NCBI GenBank assembly: GCA_003864475.1
Contig: BGZO01000003.1
Location: 1,789 to 65,788, forward strand
Source of the DNA: Candidatus Termititenax persephonae
Lineage (GTDB): Bacteria > Margulisbacteria > Termititenacia > Termititenacales > Termititenacaceae
Length of the DNA stretch: 64,000 bases
Direction: 5' to 3'
Shown here: piece by piece, positions 1 to 8,687 of the stretch
Numbering within the stretch: the first letter of the stretch is position 1
How the letters are laid out: every line of letters starts with the position of its first letter
Translations under genes and position numbers: made by a program
The notes under the pieces: generated by a model
The model's input: only the letters and a program-made list of their open reading frames with translations
Databases searched by the model: none
What the model was told of the DNA's origin: nothing

Positions 1-876
1 CACTGAGGCAAGGAGTTTGCCTTTACCGACCAAAAAATCATAGACATTATTATATAAATTAGGCAGGGCGCAATCTAATTGCGTTTTACATTTATTATCT
101 AGGTTTAAAAACTTATAACCTCTATATTTTTTAGAATTGGTCAAGCCATATATCTCCACTTCCGCACCACTATTGACAATTCTTATCCTAGCTTTTTCAA
201 AAAACAAATCCAACTCAAATACCGTATAGTTTTGACAATCCACGCCCTGCATAAAAAACTCCCCGCCCCTTGGTAAAATCAAGCGAACCGTTTTAGTGGG
301 GTCATGCTTATAAAAATCCACAAAATTATTTAATCCCTGCACACACTTAATTTGCAATCCAAAAAATTTCAACAAATCCACCAGGTGCGAACCGTTATGA
401 ATAAACCCCTTGCCATAAAAACCGCTCCCGGTTTGTAATCGCCCGTGTTTTCCTTTTCTGATTTCTAAAGCTAGTTTTTGCAACTCTGGCACAAAGCGGC
501 GGGTAAAGTTGACTTGCATCGGGATTTTCTTAGCCAGTTTTGTTATTGCCCTAGCGTCAGCCAAATCAGCGGCCAACGGCTTTTCCAAAATTATCAATCT
601 CGGATGCGCGGTGGCAGCTTGCCGCACATTTTCTAAATGAATTTTATCAGGAGTGGCGATAACAATCACATCCGCTTTTGGCAAACTGGTATACGCATTC
701 ACTTGCCATTTTTGGGCGGCCTGATTAGCTTTGGCAAAATCAACATCATAAAAACCCAATAAATTAAACCTAGATTGCTTAAGCACCGCATGGGCATGTG
801 TCAATACTTCAAGAGAATTAGGAAAATCAAGGCCGCTGGCAATCTGTCCCGCGCCGATAATTAAAACATTATACAT
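1..876 (-). CDS. Gfo/Idh/MocA-family NAD(P)-dependent oxidoreductase (C-terminal end runs off window start)
   Basis: Own reverse-strand translation from ATG 876-874: MYNVLIIGAGQIASGLDFPNSLEVLTHAHAVL...IATPDKIHLENV...RLIILEKPLAADL. It has an N-terminal Rossmann GxGxxA and the EKP motif. The frame stays open to position 1. Its start overlaps the stop of the upstream gene (ATGTATAA). It is absent from the ORF track because it is truncated. Confidence 0.75.
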   Translation of the reverse strand, partial: MYNVLIIGAGQIASGLDFPNSLEVLTHAHAVLKQSRFNLLGFYDVDFAKANQAAQKWQVNAYTSLPKADVIVIATPDKIHLENVRQAATAHPRLIILEKPLAADLADARAITKLAKKIPMQVNFTRRFVPELQKLALEIRKGKHGRLQTGSGFYGKGFIHNGSHLVDLLKFFGLQIKCVQGLNNFVDFYKHDPTKTVRLILPRGGEFFMQGVDCQNYTVFELDLFFEKARIRIVNSGAEVEIYGLTNSKKYRGYKFLNLDNKCKTQLDCALPNLYNNVYDFLVGKGKLLASV

Positions 877-1561
877 TATATAGAATCTTATACTTCATCT
901 CCGCTATCTTCCAGTCCTCTTCTGTGTCTATATCCTGAACCTCACTCTCAGGCAGAATCAAAGGCAAGGTATTTTTGCCATTCATCTTCTGCTCTCTCAG
1001 CAGGAATTCTGTCTTCGTAAAATAAAACTGTCCCGCATCATGATAGTATGGCTCCAAATCCTGTGAGCGCACATTGTAATTTTCTGGGTGCAGAAAATAC
1101 GCCTGCCCCTGTCGAATAACAAAACAACGCTGGGGCGGGTAGGAGAATCTTACCAATGGCAGGAGATTATCAAATTGCGGTTGTCTCAACAATAAAGCCA
1201 ACCCTTCTTGCAATCTCCCCGCTCTAATAAATGGTGCGCAAGGATAAACACAACACACGTGTTCAAACTTGCGACCACGTTCTTCATATTCCTGCAAAAC
1301 CTCTATCAAGACCGGTGCAGTCATCGCCATATCACTGGACATCTCCGGGCTACGATAAAAGGGGACTTGCGCCCCATATTTTTGGGCAATCTCCGCAATT
1401 TCTTGGTCATCCGTGGAAACCATCACTTCATCAAACACGCCGCTCCGCAACGCCGCTTCTATAGAGTAAGCAATGATGGGCTTACCCAAAAACTCTTTAA
1501 TGTTTTTCCTCGGTATCCTTTTACTGCCGCCGCGCGCGGGAATAATGGCAATTTTAGTCAT
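869..1561 (-). CDS. pseF: CMP-nonulosonic acid synthetase (pseudaminic acid cytidylyltransferase-like, NeuA/PseF family)
   Basis: N-terminus is MTKIAIIPARGGSKRIPRKNIKEFLGKPIIAYSIEAA...VMVSTDDQEIAEIAQKYGAQVPF, the acylneuraminate cytidylyltransferase signature. It is flanked by a Pse-associated methylase and a Gfo/Idh/MocA oxidoreductase, with overlapping start/stop codons. Confidence 0.75.
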   Translation of the reverse strand: MTKIAIIPARGGSKRIPRKNIKEFLGKPIIAYSIEAALRSGVFDEVMVSTDDQEIAEIAQKYGAQVPFYRSPEMSSDMAMTAPVLIEVLQEYEERGRKFEHVCCVYPCAPFIRAGRLQEGLALLLRQPQFDNLLPLVRFSYPPQRCFVIRQGQAYFLHPENYNVRSQDLEPYYHDAGQFYFTKTEFLLREQKMNGKNTLPLILPESEVQDIDTEEDWKIAEMKYKILYNV

Positions 1562-2187
1562 CTAACTTTTCCAGTAAAAACCAATTGAGATCATCATTGC
1601 AGTAATAATTGTCACGGTGATAGGTAAAACCATAATCCACCAGTTTAAGATTAGAAAATTTATCAAGCATTTCCCCTGCAAAATCCCGCTTAAATAACTT
1701 GCTACTATGCCCTCTATACAAGACTTCCACGGGTGTAGGATTATAATACTCAGCAATCATTATATATTGACTTGAAGCATCATATAATTTCTGATAAACA
1801 TTCTGCAATTCTTCGGGGTTAATATGAATCAAAACAGTCTTGATAAACACAAAATCTCTTTTATAATCCACATTAAAATCTAAAATAGATTGATTATACA
1901 CTTTAAAACCTTTGCTATGTAATATTTGTGTGGCCTTTTTATTAATTTCTACGGCACTAATTTCACAATCTGGCAACAATGATTGTATCGCCGTCAGATT
2001 GTTACCTGCGTTAGCACCAAATTCAATAATGGAATTTACCCCCCCCCCTCCCCGTTAAGCAATACTTAAAAATCTTAGAAAAAAGATTAATGTTGCCGCA
2101 AACATACGTCCTGCTGTCATTTCTAGAAATATAATCATCACCAAATTCACCAGACCAAAATTCTTCTTGTTCTGTTTTATATGTCAT
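1554..2187 (-). pseudogene. Pseudaminic-acid-biosynthesis-associated SAM methylase, frameshifted in a G10 tract (possible phase-variable OFF allele)
   Basis: ATG at 2187 reads MTYKTEQEEFWSGEFGDDYISRND...KYCLTGRGG and stops just after the G10 run. One G fewer joins it in frame to ORF 1554-1979, giving VNSIIEFGANAGNNLTAIQSLLPDCEISAVEIN. The SAM-binding glycine-rich motif lies in the part upstream of the annotated ORF. Confidence 0.7.
2039..2048. repeat. Homopolymer C10 on the plus strand (G10 on the coding strand), followed by T then C4
   Basis: Counted directly: ggaatttaCC CCCCCCCC t cccc g. Confidence 0.95.
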
Positions 2188-2337
2188 ATTACACCTCTCC
2201 TTAATAGGCTTTATTCACTAATGCCATTATTATTACTACAATTATAAGATAGGTATTTTAACCACGTTTAGTATTTTTGTACACTGTCAACGCTGGGAAT
2301 TTATCAAAAATAATATCGGAGGATGCAGCGGTTTACC

Positions 2338-3234
2338 CTAAAACATTTTTCTTGTACACGTTAATAGCGGAATCTTACCAAACAAATAATATCTGATGGT
2401 ATCGCCAATCACTTCTTTTGTAATCAATAATATTTTCCAAAATTTATAAATATATCGCTTGCGCAAAGACTTTTGTGGAAGTGGAATTGGGACATAATAA
2501 TTATACACATCGTCGTAAATACCGTGTTCCCGGCTAAATTCAAACATTTTCTCAGTGTAATATTGATTGCTTTTTTGAAGATAATCCATCGTTGCTTTAT
2601 CTCTCTGTATTCGAGTAACAGATTTTTTATTTTCTCTATAAAAATAGAAAACATCCGGAAGACAAACAGATTTATCAGCATAATAATAACATTGCAAATA
2701 GAAAAACATATCTTCTCTATATCCGATTTTAAATGTTGTATCCCATACTATATTATGTTTATCAAGCAGTTTTTTCTTAATCAAAGGACGGTGAGTATAA
2801 AGTTTTTCCCTAAAATTAACGCCGATTATAGCCTGTGAATGACCAATCTGTGTCTGCAAACTAAAATTATTTTCACAGACAACATTTCCACCTACCAAAT
2901 CAGCATCTATATGCATCGCATACCATAGCAACTTTTCATAGTAATCCATGGCCAACAAGTAATCATCGGCATCAACAAAATGCAAATAATCCCCTGTCGC
3001 CTGCGCCATAGACGCATTGCGTGCTGCGCTTTGCCCGGAGTTTTCTTGTGAAAAAACTTTTACCCTCTTGTCTAAATCCACATAATGTTTGGCAATTCTT
3101 TCTGTACCGTCTGTTGAGCCGTCATTGACCACTATAATTTCCAGATTTTTATGCGATTGCCATAGGATACTTTCCAGGCATTGAGCTAAATATTTTTCGC
3201 AGTTATACGCCGGTATGCAAACCGAAACGCGCAA
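2338..3234 (-). CDS. Family 2 glycosyltransferase (GT-A fold)
   Basis: (TTG start) RVSVCIPAYNCEKYLAQCLESILWQSHKNLEIIVVNDGSTDGT...FVDADDYL: the classic GT2 N-terminal motif and DxD. Confidence 0.85.
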   Translation of the reverse strand: MRVSVCIPAYNCEKYLAQCLESILWQSHKNLEIIVVNDGSTDGTERIAKHYVDLDKRVKVFSQENSGQSAARNASMAQATGDYLHFVDADDYLLAMDYYEKLLWYAMHIDADLVGGNVVCENNFSLQTQIGHSQAIIGVNFREKLYTHRPLIKKKLLDKHNIVWDTTFKIGYREDMFFYLQCYYYADKSVCLPDVFYFYRENKKSVTRIQRDKATMDYLQKSNQYYTEKMFEFSREHGIYDDVYNYYVPIPLPQKSLRKRYIYKFWKILLITKEVIGDTIRYYLFGKIPLLTCTRKMF

Positions 3235-3270
3235 CCTATTAACAGTCTGTTGTCGCAGTTCCAGTTGTTC

Positions 3271-3292
3271 GGGGGGGGGGGGGGGGGGGGGG
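3271..3292. repeat. Homopolymer G22 in the divergent intergenic region
   Basis: Counted directly: 22 consecutive G between gttc and taactcc. It lies 36 nt upstream of the TTG start of the GT2 gene (minus strand) and 81 nt upstream of the ATG of the methyltransferase (plus strand). Confidence 0.95.
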
Positions 3293-3373
3293 TAACTCCT
3301 TTCTTCGTTTTTACCAAGGAGAACATTCTGCCGGATTATTAGAAATTAAGATGAATAGCCAAGGGATGCTGTC

Positions 3374-4108
3374 ATGACCCTTGACTATAATATGGTCTAT
3401 AAAAAACAGTGTGAAACTTCTCATAAAAAGAAAATTTTTTGTCCCCTGCGTTATGAAAGACAAATGGATTATTTATTCGGATTGCTAAGGAAAGATTTTC
3501 GCGGGCGAACGGATTTGCGAGTGCTGGATGCTTGTTGTGGTTATGGGCGTTTGGTTTATTTTCTCAATAAGTTTAATAGTTTGCAGTCTTATACCGGGCT
3601 TGATTATTCTGCCGTACTGATTAACGAAGCCAGGAAAATGTTTAAGCAATACAGTAATATTAATTTTAAAACTGGCAATATCTTTAGATTAAGCGAGAAA
3701 TATAGTAAATATTTTGACTATACAATTAATTATAAAACTTTATCTTGGCTGCCTTATTACGAGCAATGTGTGCGGGGACTTATGAAAGCAACAAAAAATA
3801 AAATTTACCTAACGTCGTTATTTAATGATGGTGATTATGATTCGATATGTAAAGTGTATTCTCAGGCCAGTCGAACTACCGATTTTACTTATCTGAATAC
3901 TTATTCTTTGCCAAAATTCCGGCACTTTTGCCTTATCAATGAGGCAAAACAAGTAAGGGCTACCTCTATGAAATTAAGTATAGATTTAAAGAAGCCTCGA
4001 GATAAAAATAAGATAATGACCTATACGCAACGTTTGGCAACTGGGTATAATTTGGAGATTACGGGCAACACACTTTTAAATTGGAAGTTGATAGAAATTG
4101 TGCTTTAA
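3374..4108 (+). CDS. Class I SAM-dependent methyltransferase
   Basis: Motif I region is LRVLDACCGYGRLVYFL. The size and context (glycan locus) fit. Confidence 0.6.
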   Translation: MTLDYNMVYKKQCETSHKKKIFCPLRYERQMDYLFGLLRKDFRGRTDLRVLDACCGYGRLVYFLNKFNSLQSYTGLDYSAVLINEARKMFKQYSNINFKTGNIFRLSEKYSKYFDYTINYKTLSWLPYYEQCVRGLMKATKNKIYLTSLFNDGDYDSICKVYSQASRTTDFTYLNTYSLPKFRHFCLINEAKQVRATSMKLSIDLKKPRDKNKIMTYTQRLATGYNLEITGNTLLNWKLIEIVL

Positions 4109-4133
4109 CCATATATAGTCTATGATGTGAATT

Positions 4134-5159
4134 ATGTTTGATTATTCTGGGTTTTCAGAAAAAAAACTATTAAAATTGTGTGATGATTCTAGTGTTGTCA
4201 TAAATCCTTCCGACTGGCAATGCCATTGGACGGCTGGAATTTATTCTATAGGCAAGTGTTTGCGTGATTATGCTGGTTTTCCAGATAAATTACCATTAAA
4301 CATTTGTACGGAGCATGGGCCGGGGCATAGGATGTATGACCATATAGACAAACATGAAATTAATAACACAACTTATAGTTTTCTTGTTTCTACCAGCAAG
4401 ACAATGAATTTATATAAAACAAAGTCAGCCAAGAAAGTGTATCATTGTGTGTATCCGGTAATTGCTTACCGTAGAAAATATAATATAGAACAGACAAAAA
4501 CAGCGCGAGGAACGATTGTTTTTCCCGCACATTCCTTGCCTGAGGTAGATACTGTTTTTGATCTAGATGACTTTTGCCGGCAATTAAAAGCTTTGCCAGC
4601 AGAATTTCAGCCAATATGTGTTTGCTTGCATCAGCATGATGTCAATAAAGGACAACATAAGGAGTTTATTAAACGTGGTTTTCCAGTTTATACTGCTGGC
4701 AACAGTAAAGACAAGAATTACATTGATAGATTTTATTCTATACTGCAAAATTTTAAATATTCTATGTCAAACTCTTTCGGTTCTTATGTGTATTTTTCTG
4801 TGGAAATGGGCATACCTTTTTCTATTATAGGGACAGGCGTTGATTTTACTAATGTTCGCGACTCATATACTCATTTGCAGGATTGGGGCGGAGATTTCTG
4901 GAAAAACTATCATGTTTATTGTGAGATTTTTCATAATAAACCGCGTACATTGATAACTCCAGAACAAAAAGAATTTGTAGAAGCCGGAGTGGGTTTGACT
5001 AGTTCTATGACTCCTAGAAAAATGAACTTTATTTTATGGCGTGCTTACCGGTCGTATTTATTGTTTGATTATGGTTTATGGAGAATATTTAAAGATATTG
5101 GGCATAATATTAAAGATAAACTATATATGTTTTTTGCGAAAAAAATGAACAATAAGTGA
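4134..5159 (+). CDS. Hypothetical protein (no family recognised)
   Basis: A 341-aa ORF with no competing frame, tightly spaced after the methyltransferase gene in an AT-rich segment. Confidence 0.6.
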   Translation: MFDYSGFSEKKLLKLCDDSSVVINPSDWQCHWTAGIYSIGKCLRDYAGFPDKLPLNICTEHGPGHRMYDHIDKHEINNTTYSFLVSTSKTMNLYKTKSAKKVYHCVYPVIAYRRKYNIEQTKTARGTIVFPAHSLPEVDTVFDLDDFCRQLKALPAEFQPICVCLHQHDVNKGQHKEFIKRGFPVYTAGNSKDKNYIDRFYSILQNFKYSMSNSFGSYVYFSVEMGIPFSIIGTGVDFTNVRDSYTHLQDWGGDFWKNYHVYCEIFHNKPRTLITPEQKEFVEAGVGLTSSMTPRKMNFILWRAYRSYLLFDYGLWRIFKDIGHNIKDKLYMFFAKKMNNK

Positions 5160-5471
5160 TTGATTTGTTATTGAAAAATCTTTGACAATGTCTTATACCA
5201 GAATTTGTTAGATATGATAATTTATTTCAAAAAAAATATTGGGAATGGGAGTATATTATAAGATGCATAGAGTTTTTTGTAAAAAAACAAGAATGTATAG
5301 AGATTATTTATTTCCAGAAAAATTTATGATAAACTATCAAAATTAAGTATTTACAGATTATTTGATTTATTTAGAGATAGAGACATCAATTTGATGTATC
5401 TAATGAAATATTAGATGATATTTTCTTGATTACTGAAACGCAAAGAAGAGTAGAGACGTAGGGGAATAATT

Positions 5472-6515
5472 ATGATGCAAAAGTGTTTGCTCTGTGGCGA
5501 GAAGGCTGAATTAACAGAGAAAAATCATCCAGGGTATCAAGAACCTGACAAATTTGATATATATCATTGTCCCTGCTGTGATGTTAGTTTTTGTTGCCCG
5601 CAGCCAGAAACGCAACATATGTACGAATGTATATATAGTCAAACAGAGAAAATACCCGAATATGATAGATATGTTAAGTATGCTGCAGGTATAAAAAAAC
5701 AGAAACAACAGCTACGATGGCTGTCTGAGCAGGAGGAAACTTACTGGGCTGTAAATAAAGTTTTATCTAAAAAAGGGAGGAATAAAAAAGATTTAAAAAT
5801 TGTAGAAGTAGGCTGCGGTTTAGGCTATTTAACCTATGCCCTTGTTCAAGGTGGCTATTATACTGTTGGCTTGGATGTTTCACAAAACGCTATTGATAAT
5901 GCTATTAGTAATTATGGCAACCATTATATTTGCGCTGATATTTTTGAATTTTCAAAACAACATATTGGAGAATTTGATGTTGTTATATTGACAGAAGTTA
6001 TAGAGCATATTAGTAATCCATTAGATATGCTAAAAACTTTAGTGCAGTTATTAAAACTAAACGGACATATTGTTTTAACTACTCCGAATAAATCTTTTTT
6101 TTGCAAAGAACAGATTTGGTTTAGCACTATTCCACCAGTACATTTATATTGGTATAGTGAAAAAACGATGCGTTATATGGCAAAAAAATTAAGTGTAGGA
6201 TTATCTTTTGTAAATTTTTCTCGATATTATAAAGCGCATCCCTTTAGTATTAAACGATTGTCTCTCTATCCTAAATATCCTGTTTTAAATTCTTTAGGAC
6301 AAATAATTACACAACGCCGATCTCCCATAGGAAATGTTAATGTCGACAATGCCGACGCGGTAAAAAAATGGAAAATATTTGTCAAAAAAATCATTCCGCA
6401 TGCCTGTTACGATATATATATATATATACGAAAACAAATAGAAAGACGTATAGAAATAGCAGATTGCGGTAAAAGAGGATTAGTTATGGCTGTCGTTCTT
6501 AAAAAAAGAATATAG
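5472..6515 (+). CDS. SAM-dependent methyltransferase with N-terminal Cys4 zinc-ribbon
   Basis: N-terminus has CLLCGEK...HCPCCD (CxxC...CxxC). Motif I is KIVEVGCGLGYLTYAL, and DVVILTEVIEHI is the post-II/III region. Confidence 0.7.
   Translation: MMQKCLLCGEKAELTEKNHPGYQEPDKFDIYHCPCCDVSFCCPQPETQHMYECIYSQTEKIPEYDRYVKYAAGIKKQKQQLRWLSEQEETYWAVNKVLSKKGRNKKDLKIVEVGCGLGYLTYALVQGGYYTVGLDVSQNAIDNAISNYGNHYICADIFEFSKQHIGEFDVVILTEVIEHISNPLDMLKTLVQLLKLNGHIVLTTPNKSFFCKEQIWFSTIPPVHLYWYSEKTMRYMAKKLSVGLSFVNFSRYYKAHPFSIKRLSLYPKYPVLNSLGQIITQRRSPIGNVNVDNADAVKKWKIFVKKIIPHACYDIYIYIRKQIERRIEIADCGKRGLVMAVVLKKRI
6412..6428. repeat. (AT)8A dinucleotide microsatellite inside the methyltransferase coding region
   Basis: Read directly: g atatatatatatatata cg. 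It encodes DIYIYIR near codon 315 of 347. Confidence 0.9.
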
Positions 6516-7799
6516 GTGCTTAGTGAAAAAACGAGTATTAATAGGCGGGAAGGATATAGTACTTTCAAGATGAAGTACTCAATAATGTTGCCTTGCTACA
6601 ATGGTGGCAATTATCTGCGTGTAGGCATACAGACAATTATCTCCCAGAACTATACTGATTACGAGTTACTTGTCAGTGATGACCATTCTACGGATGGCAC
6701 AGCGGAATATATAGATACGTTAAAACACCCCAATATCAGAGTTTTACATACACCGCAAAAGATGAGCATGACGGAGCATTGGGAATGGCTATTGGCACAG
6801 GCATACGGCGAATGGCTTATTTATGTGGGACAGGACGATGGGTTGCAGGGATATTTTTTTGAATTGGCAGATATTTTGACTGAGCAGGCCGCGCGGAAGA
6901 AAATAAAAGCGATTGCTTCAGCTAGGGCATATTATTTTTGGCCTGGGTGCAGTTCGACCTATGGACATCGACATGTTGAATATGATGCCACATTTAAGTT
7001 AAAAATATGCAACAGTAGGATTGGATTGTTTAAAGCCCTTTTACTGCACAAAGGTTTTAATTATTTTTGTTTGCCGCAAATGTATACCACATCGATTTGG
7101 CATAGAAGTCTTATTGAACAGGCGCGAGCCAAGCAAAATAGTAAAGTTTTTTCCACACACCCGCAGGACGCTAATTTGGCGGCGCTTGCTTGCAGTATGA
7201 CCAAGTGTTATCTGTATTCACATGTTCCGCTAGGCTGGGTGGGTACTTCGCCCAAGAGTGCCGGACTAGCGGTTTCGAACAGAGAAAATATGGAGTTGAA
7301 AGCTGACTATCTGGCTAAGATAAAAAGCAGTAAGTTGAATTATTGTTCTAAGATAGGCAATTTTGAGGTGGGGTCGACGGTTTTGTATTTTTGGGGTGCG
7401 TTGCTTGAAACGAAGTGTTTGCAGAACTTTTTTTGGCGACATATTATTTCTTCTAGATTTATGACTTATTTAGTGGTTGCTTCTGCGAAAAAGGAACTAT
7501 ACCAAATTAAACAATTTAAGAAAAATTTGTTTACCGAAGTGGAACAAATTAATCGCTTAAATAAGCATATTGCAGAATTATTTTTTTGGTTTCTAGGAGT
7601 TTTTGAACGATTGAATGATTGCTGGCATTATCGGGTTATTGACAGAATAAGCAGGTTAAAAACTCATAAGCGAAAATTAAAGTATAATCTCTATACTGAT
7701 TCTTCTCAAGAAGAAGAAACCAGAAGTTTACCTGAGTTTTCAAGGGAAATAATGCTGAAAGTTAAAGCGATGAATATTCTAGAAGAATTGAGCAGATGA
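6516..7799 (+). CDS. Family 2 glycosyltransferase with long C-terminal extension
   Basis: YSIMLPCYNGGNYLRVGIQTIISQNYTDYELLVSDDHSTDGT...GQDDG. The track start is GTG 6516; the true start may be the internal MKYSIM. Confidence 0.75.
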   Translation: MLSEKTSINRREGYSTFKMKYSIMLPCYNGGNYLRVGIQTIISQNYTDYELLVSDDHSTDGTAEYIDTLKHPNIRVLHTPQKMSMTEHWEWLLAQAYGEWLIYVGQDDGLQGYFFELADILTEQAARKKIKAIASARAYYFWPGCSSTYGHRHVEYDATFKLKICNSRIGLFKALLLHKGFNYFCLPQMYTTSIWHRSLIEQARAKQNSKVFSTHPQDANLAALACSMTKCYLYSHVPLGWVGTSPKSAGLAVSNRENMELKADYLAKIKSSKLNYCSKIGNFEVGSTVLYFWGALLETKCLQNFFWRHIISSRFMTYLVVASAKKELYQIKQFKKNLFTEVEQINRLNKHIAELFFWFLGVFERLNDCWHYRVIDRISRLKTHKRKLKYNLYTDSSQEEETRSLPEFSREIMLKVKAMNILEELSR

Positions 7800-7837
7800 C
7801 TGTTTTAAGTATTATTTGTTTATGAGATAATACTAAG

Positions 7838-8563
7838 ATGTTTAATAAGCCGATTTTGTTCTTGATTTTTAATCGTTTGAATACTGCCAAGCAAGTGTTT
7901 TCAGTTATCAGACAAGTTCAGCCCAAATATTTGTATGTAGCTTCTGATGGTCCGCGCGTTGACAAGGAAAGCGAAAAAAAAGAAGTTGATAGCGTGCGGC
8001 AATATGTGTTGGCTAATGTTGACTGGGACTGTGAAGTAAAAACATTGTTTAGAGATAAAAATTTGGGTTGCGGCAGGGCAGTGTCTAGTGCGATTACGTG
8101 GTTTTTTGAGCAAGTGGAGCAGGGGATTATACTTGAAGACGATGTATTACCTTCTAAAAGTTTTTTTACTTATTGTGCTGAATTATTGGATAGATATAGA
8201 GATGATGAGAAAATTTATCACATTGCGGGGTGTAATGTTTTGGAGGATGTTGGCTTGAAAGATTCTTATTACTTTGCGCTTATGCCTGGGGTTTGGGGCT
8301 GGGCAACTTGGCGCAGAGCTTGGCAGAAGTATCAATATGATGTTGATGTACAAAGCCTGACAGAATTTATTAAACAAAGAAAAATAAACAGCGTATCCCC
8401 ACGACGTTGCGACCGCAGGCATTGGTTAAATATTTTTAAAAGTATGCAAGAACATAAAATAGACACTTGGGATTATCAATGGGTTTATACGGTTTTTAGA
8501 AGTAAAAGGGGTTATTTGAAGATGTATATACAAAATCATATTTGGCAGAGCATCATGAATTGA
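7838..8563 (+). CDS. GT-A nucleotide-diphospho-sugar transferase (GNT-I/HlpA-like), probably C-terminally truncated
   Basis: PILFLIFNRLNTAKQVFSVIRQVQPKYLYVASDGPR...GIILEDDVLPS...WGWATWRRAW. It is roughly 60 percent identical by eye to the N-terminal domain of ORF 21257-23203, but stops about 25 residues after WDYQW where the paralogue continues. Confidence 0.65.
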   Translation: MFNKPILFLIFNRLNTAKQVFSVIRQVQPKYLYVASDGPRVDKESEKKEVDSVRQYVLANVDWDCEVKTLFRDKNLGCGRAVSSAITWFFEQVEQGIILEDDVLPSKSFFTYCAELLDRYRDDEKIYHIAGCNVLEDVGLKDSYYFALMPGVWGWATWRRAWQKYQYDVDVQSLTEFIKQRKINSVSPRRCDRRHWLNIFKSMQEHKIDTWDYQWVYTVFRSKRGYLKMYIQNHIWQSIMN

Positions 8564-8687
8564 AGGACGTGAAGGTTGTCGATTAGATTCAGTAGAGTAT
8601 GTTTTGTGTCCGGGTGGGAGGCTTAAATACAATGACTAATCATGATTGGTGATTTTCGAAGCCTTATAAAATTCATAAATCATTATA

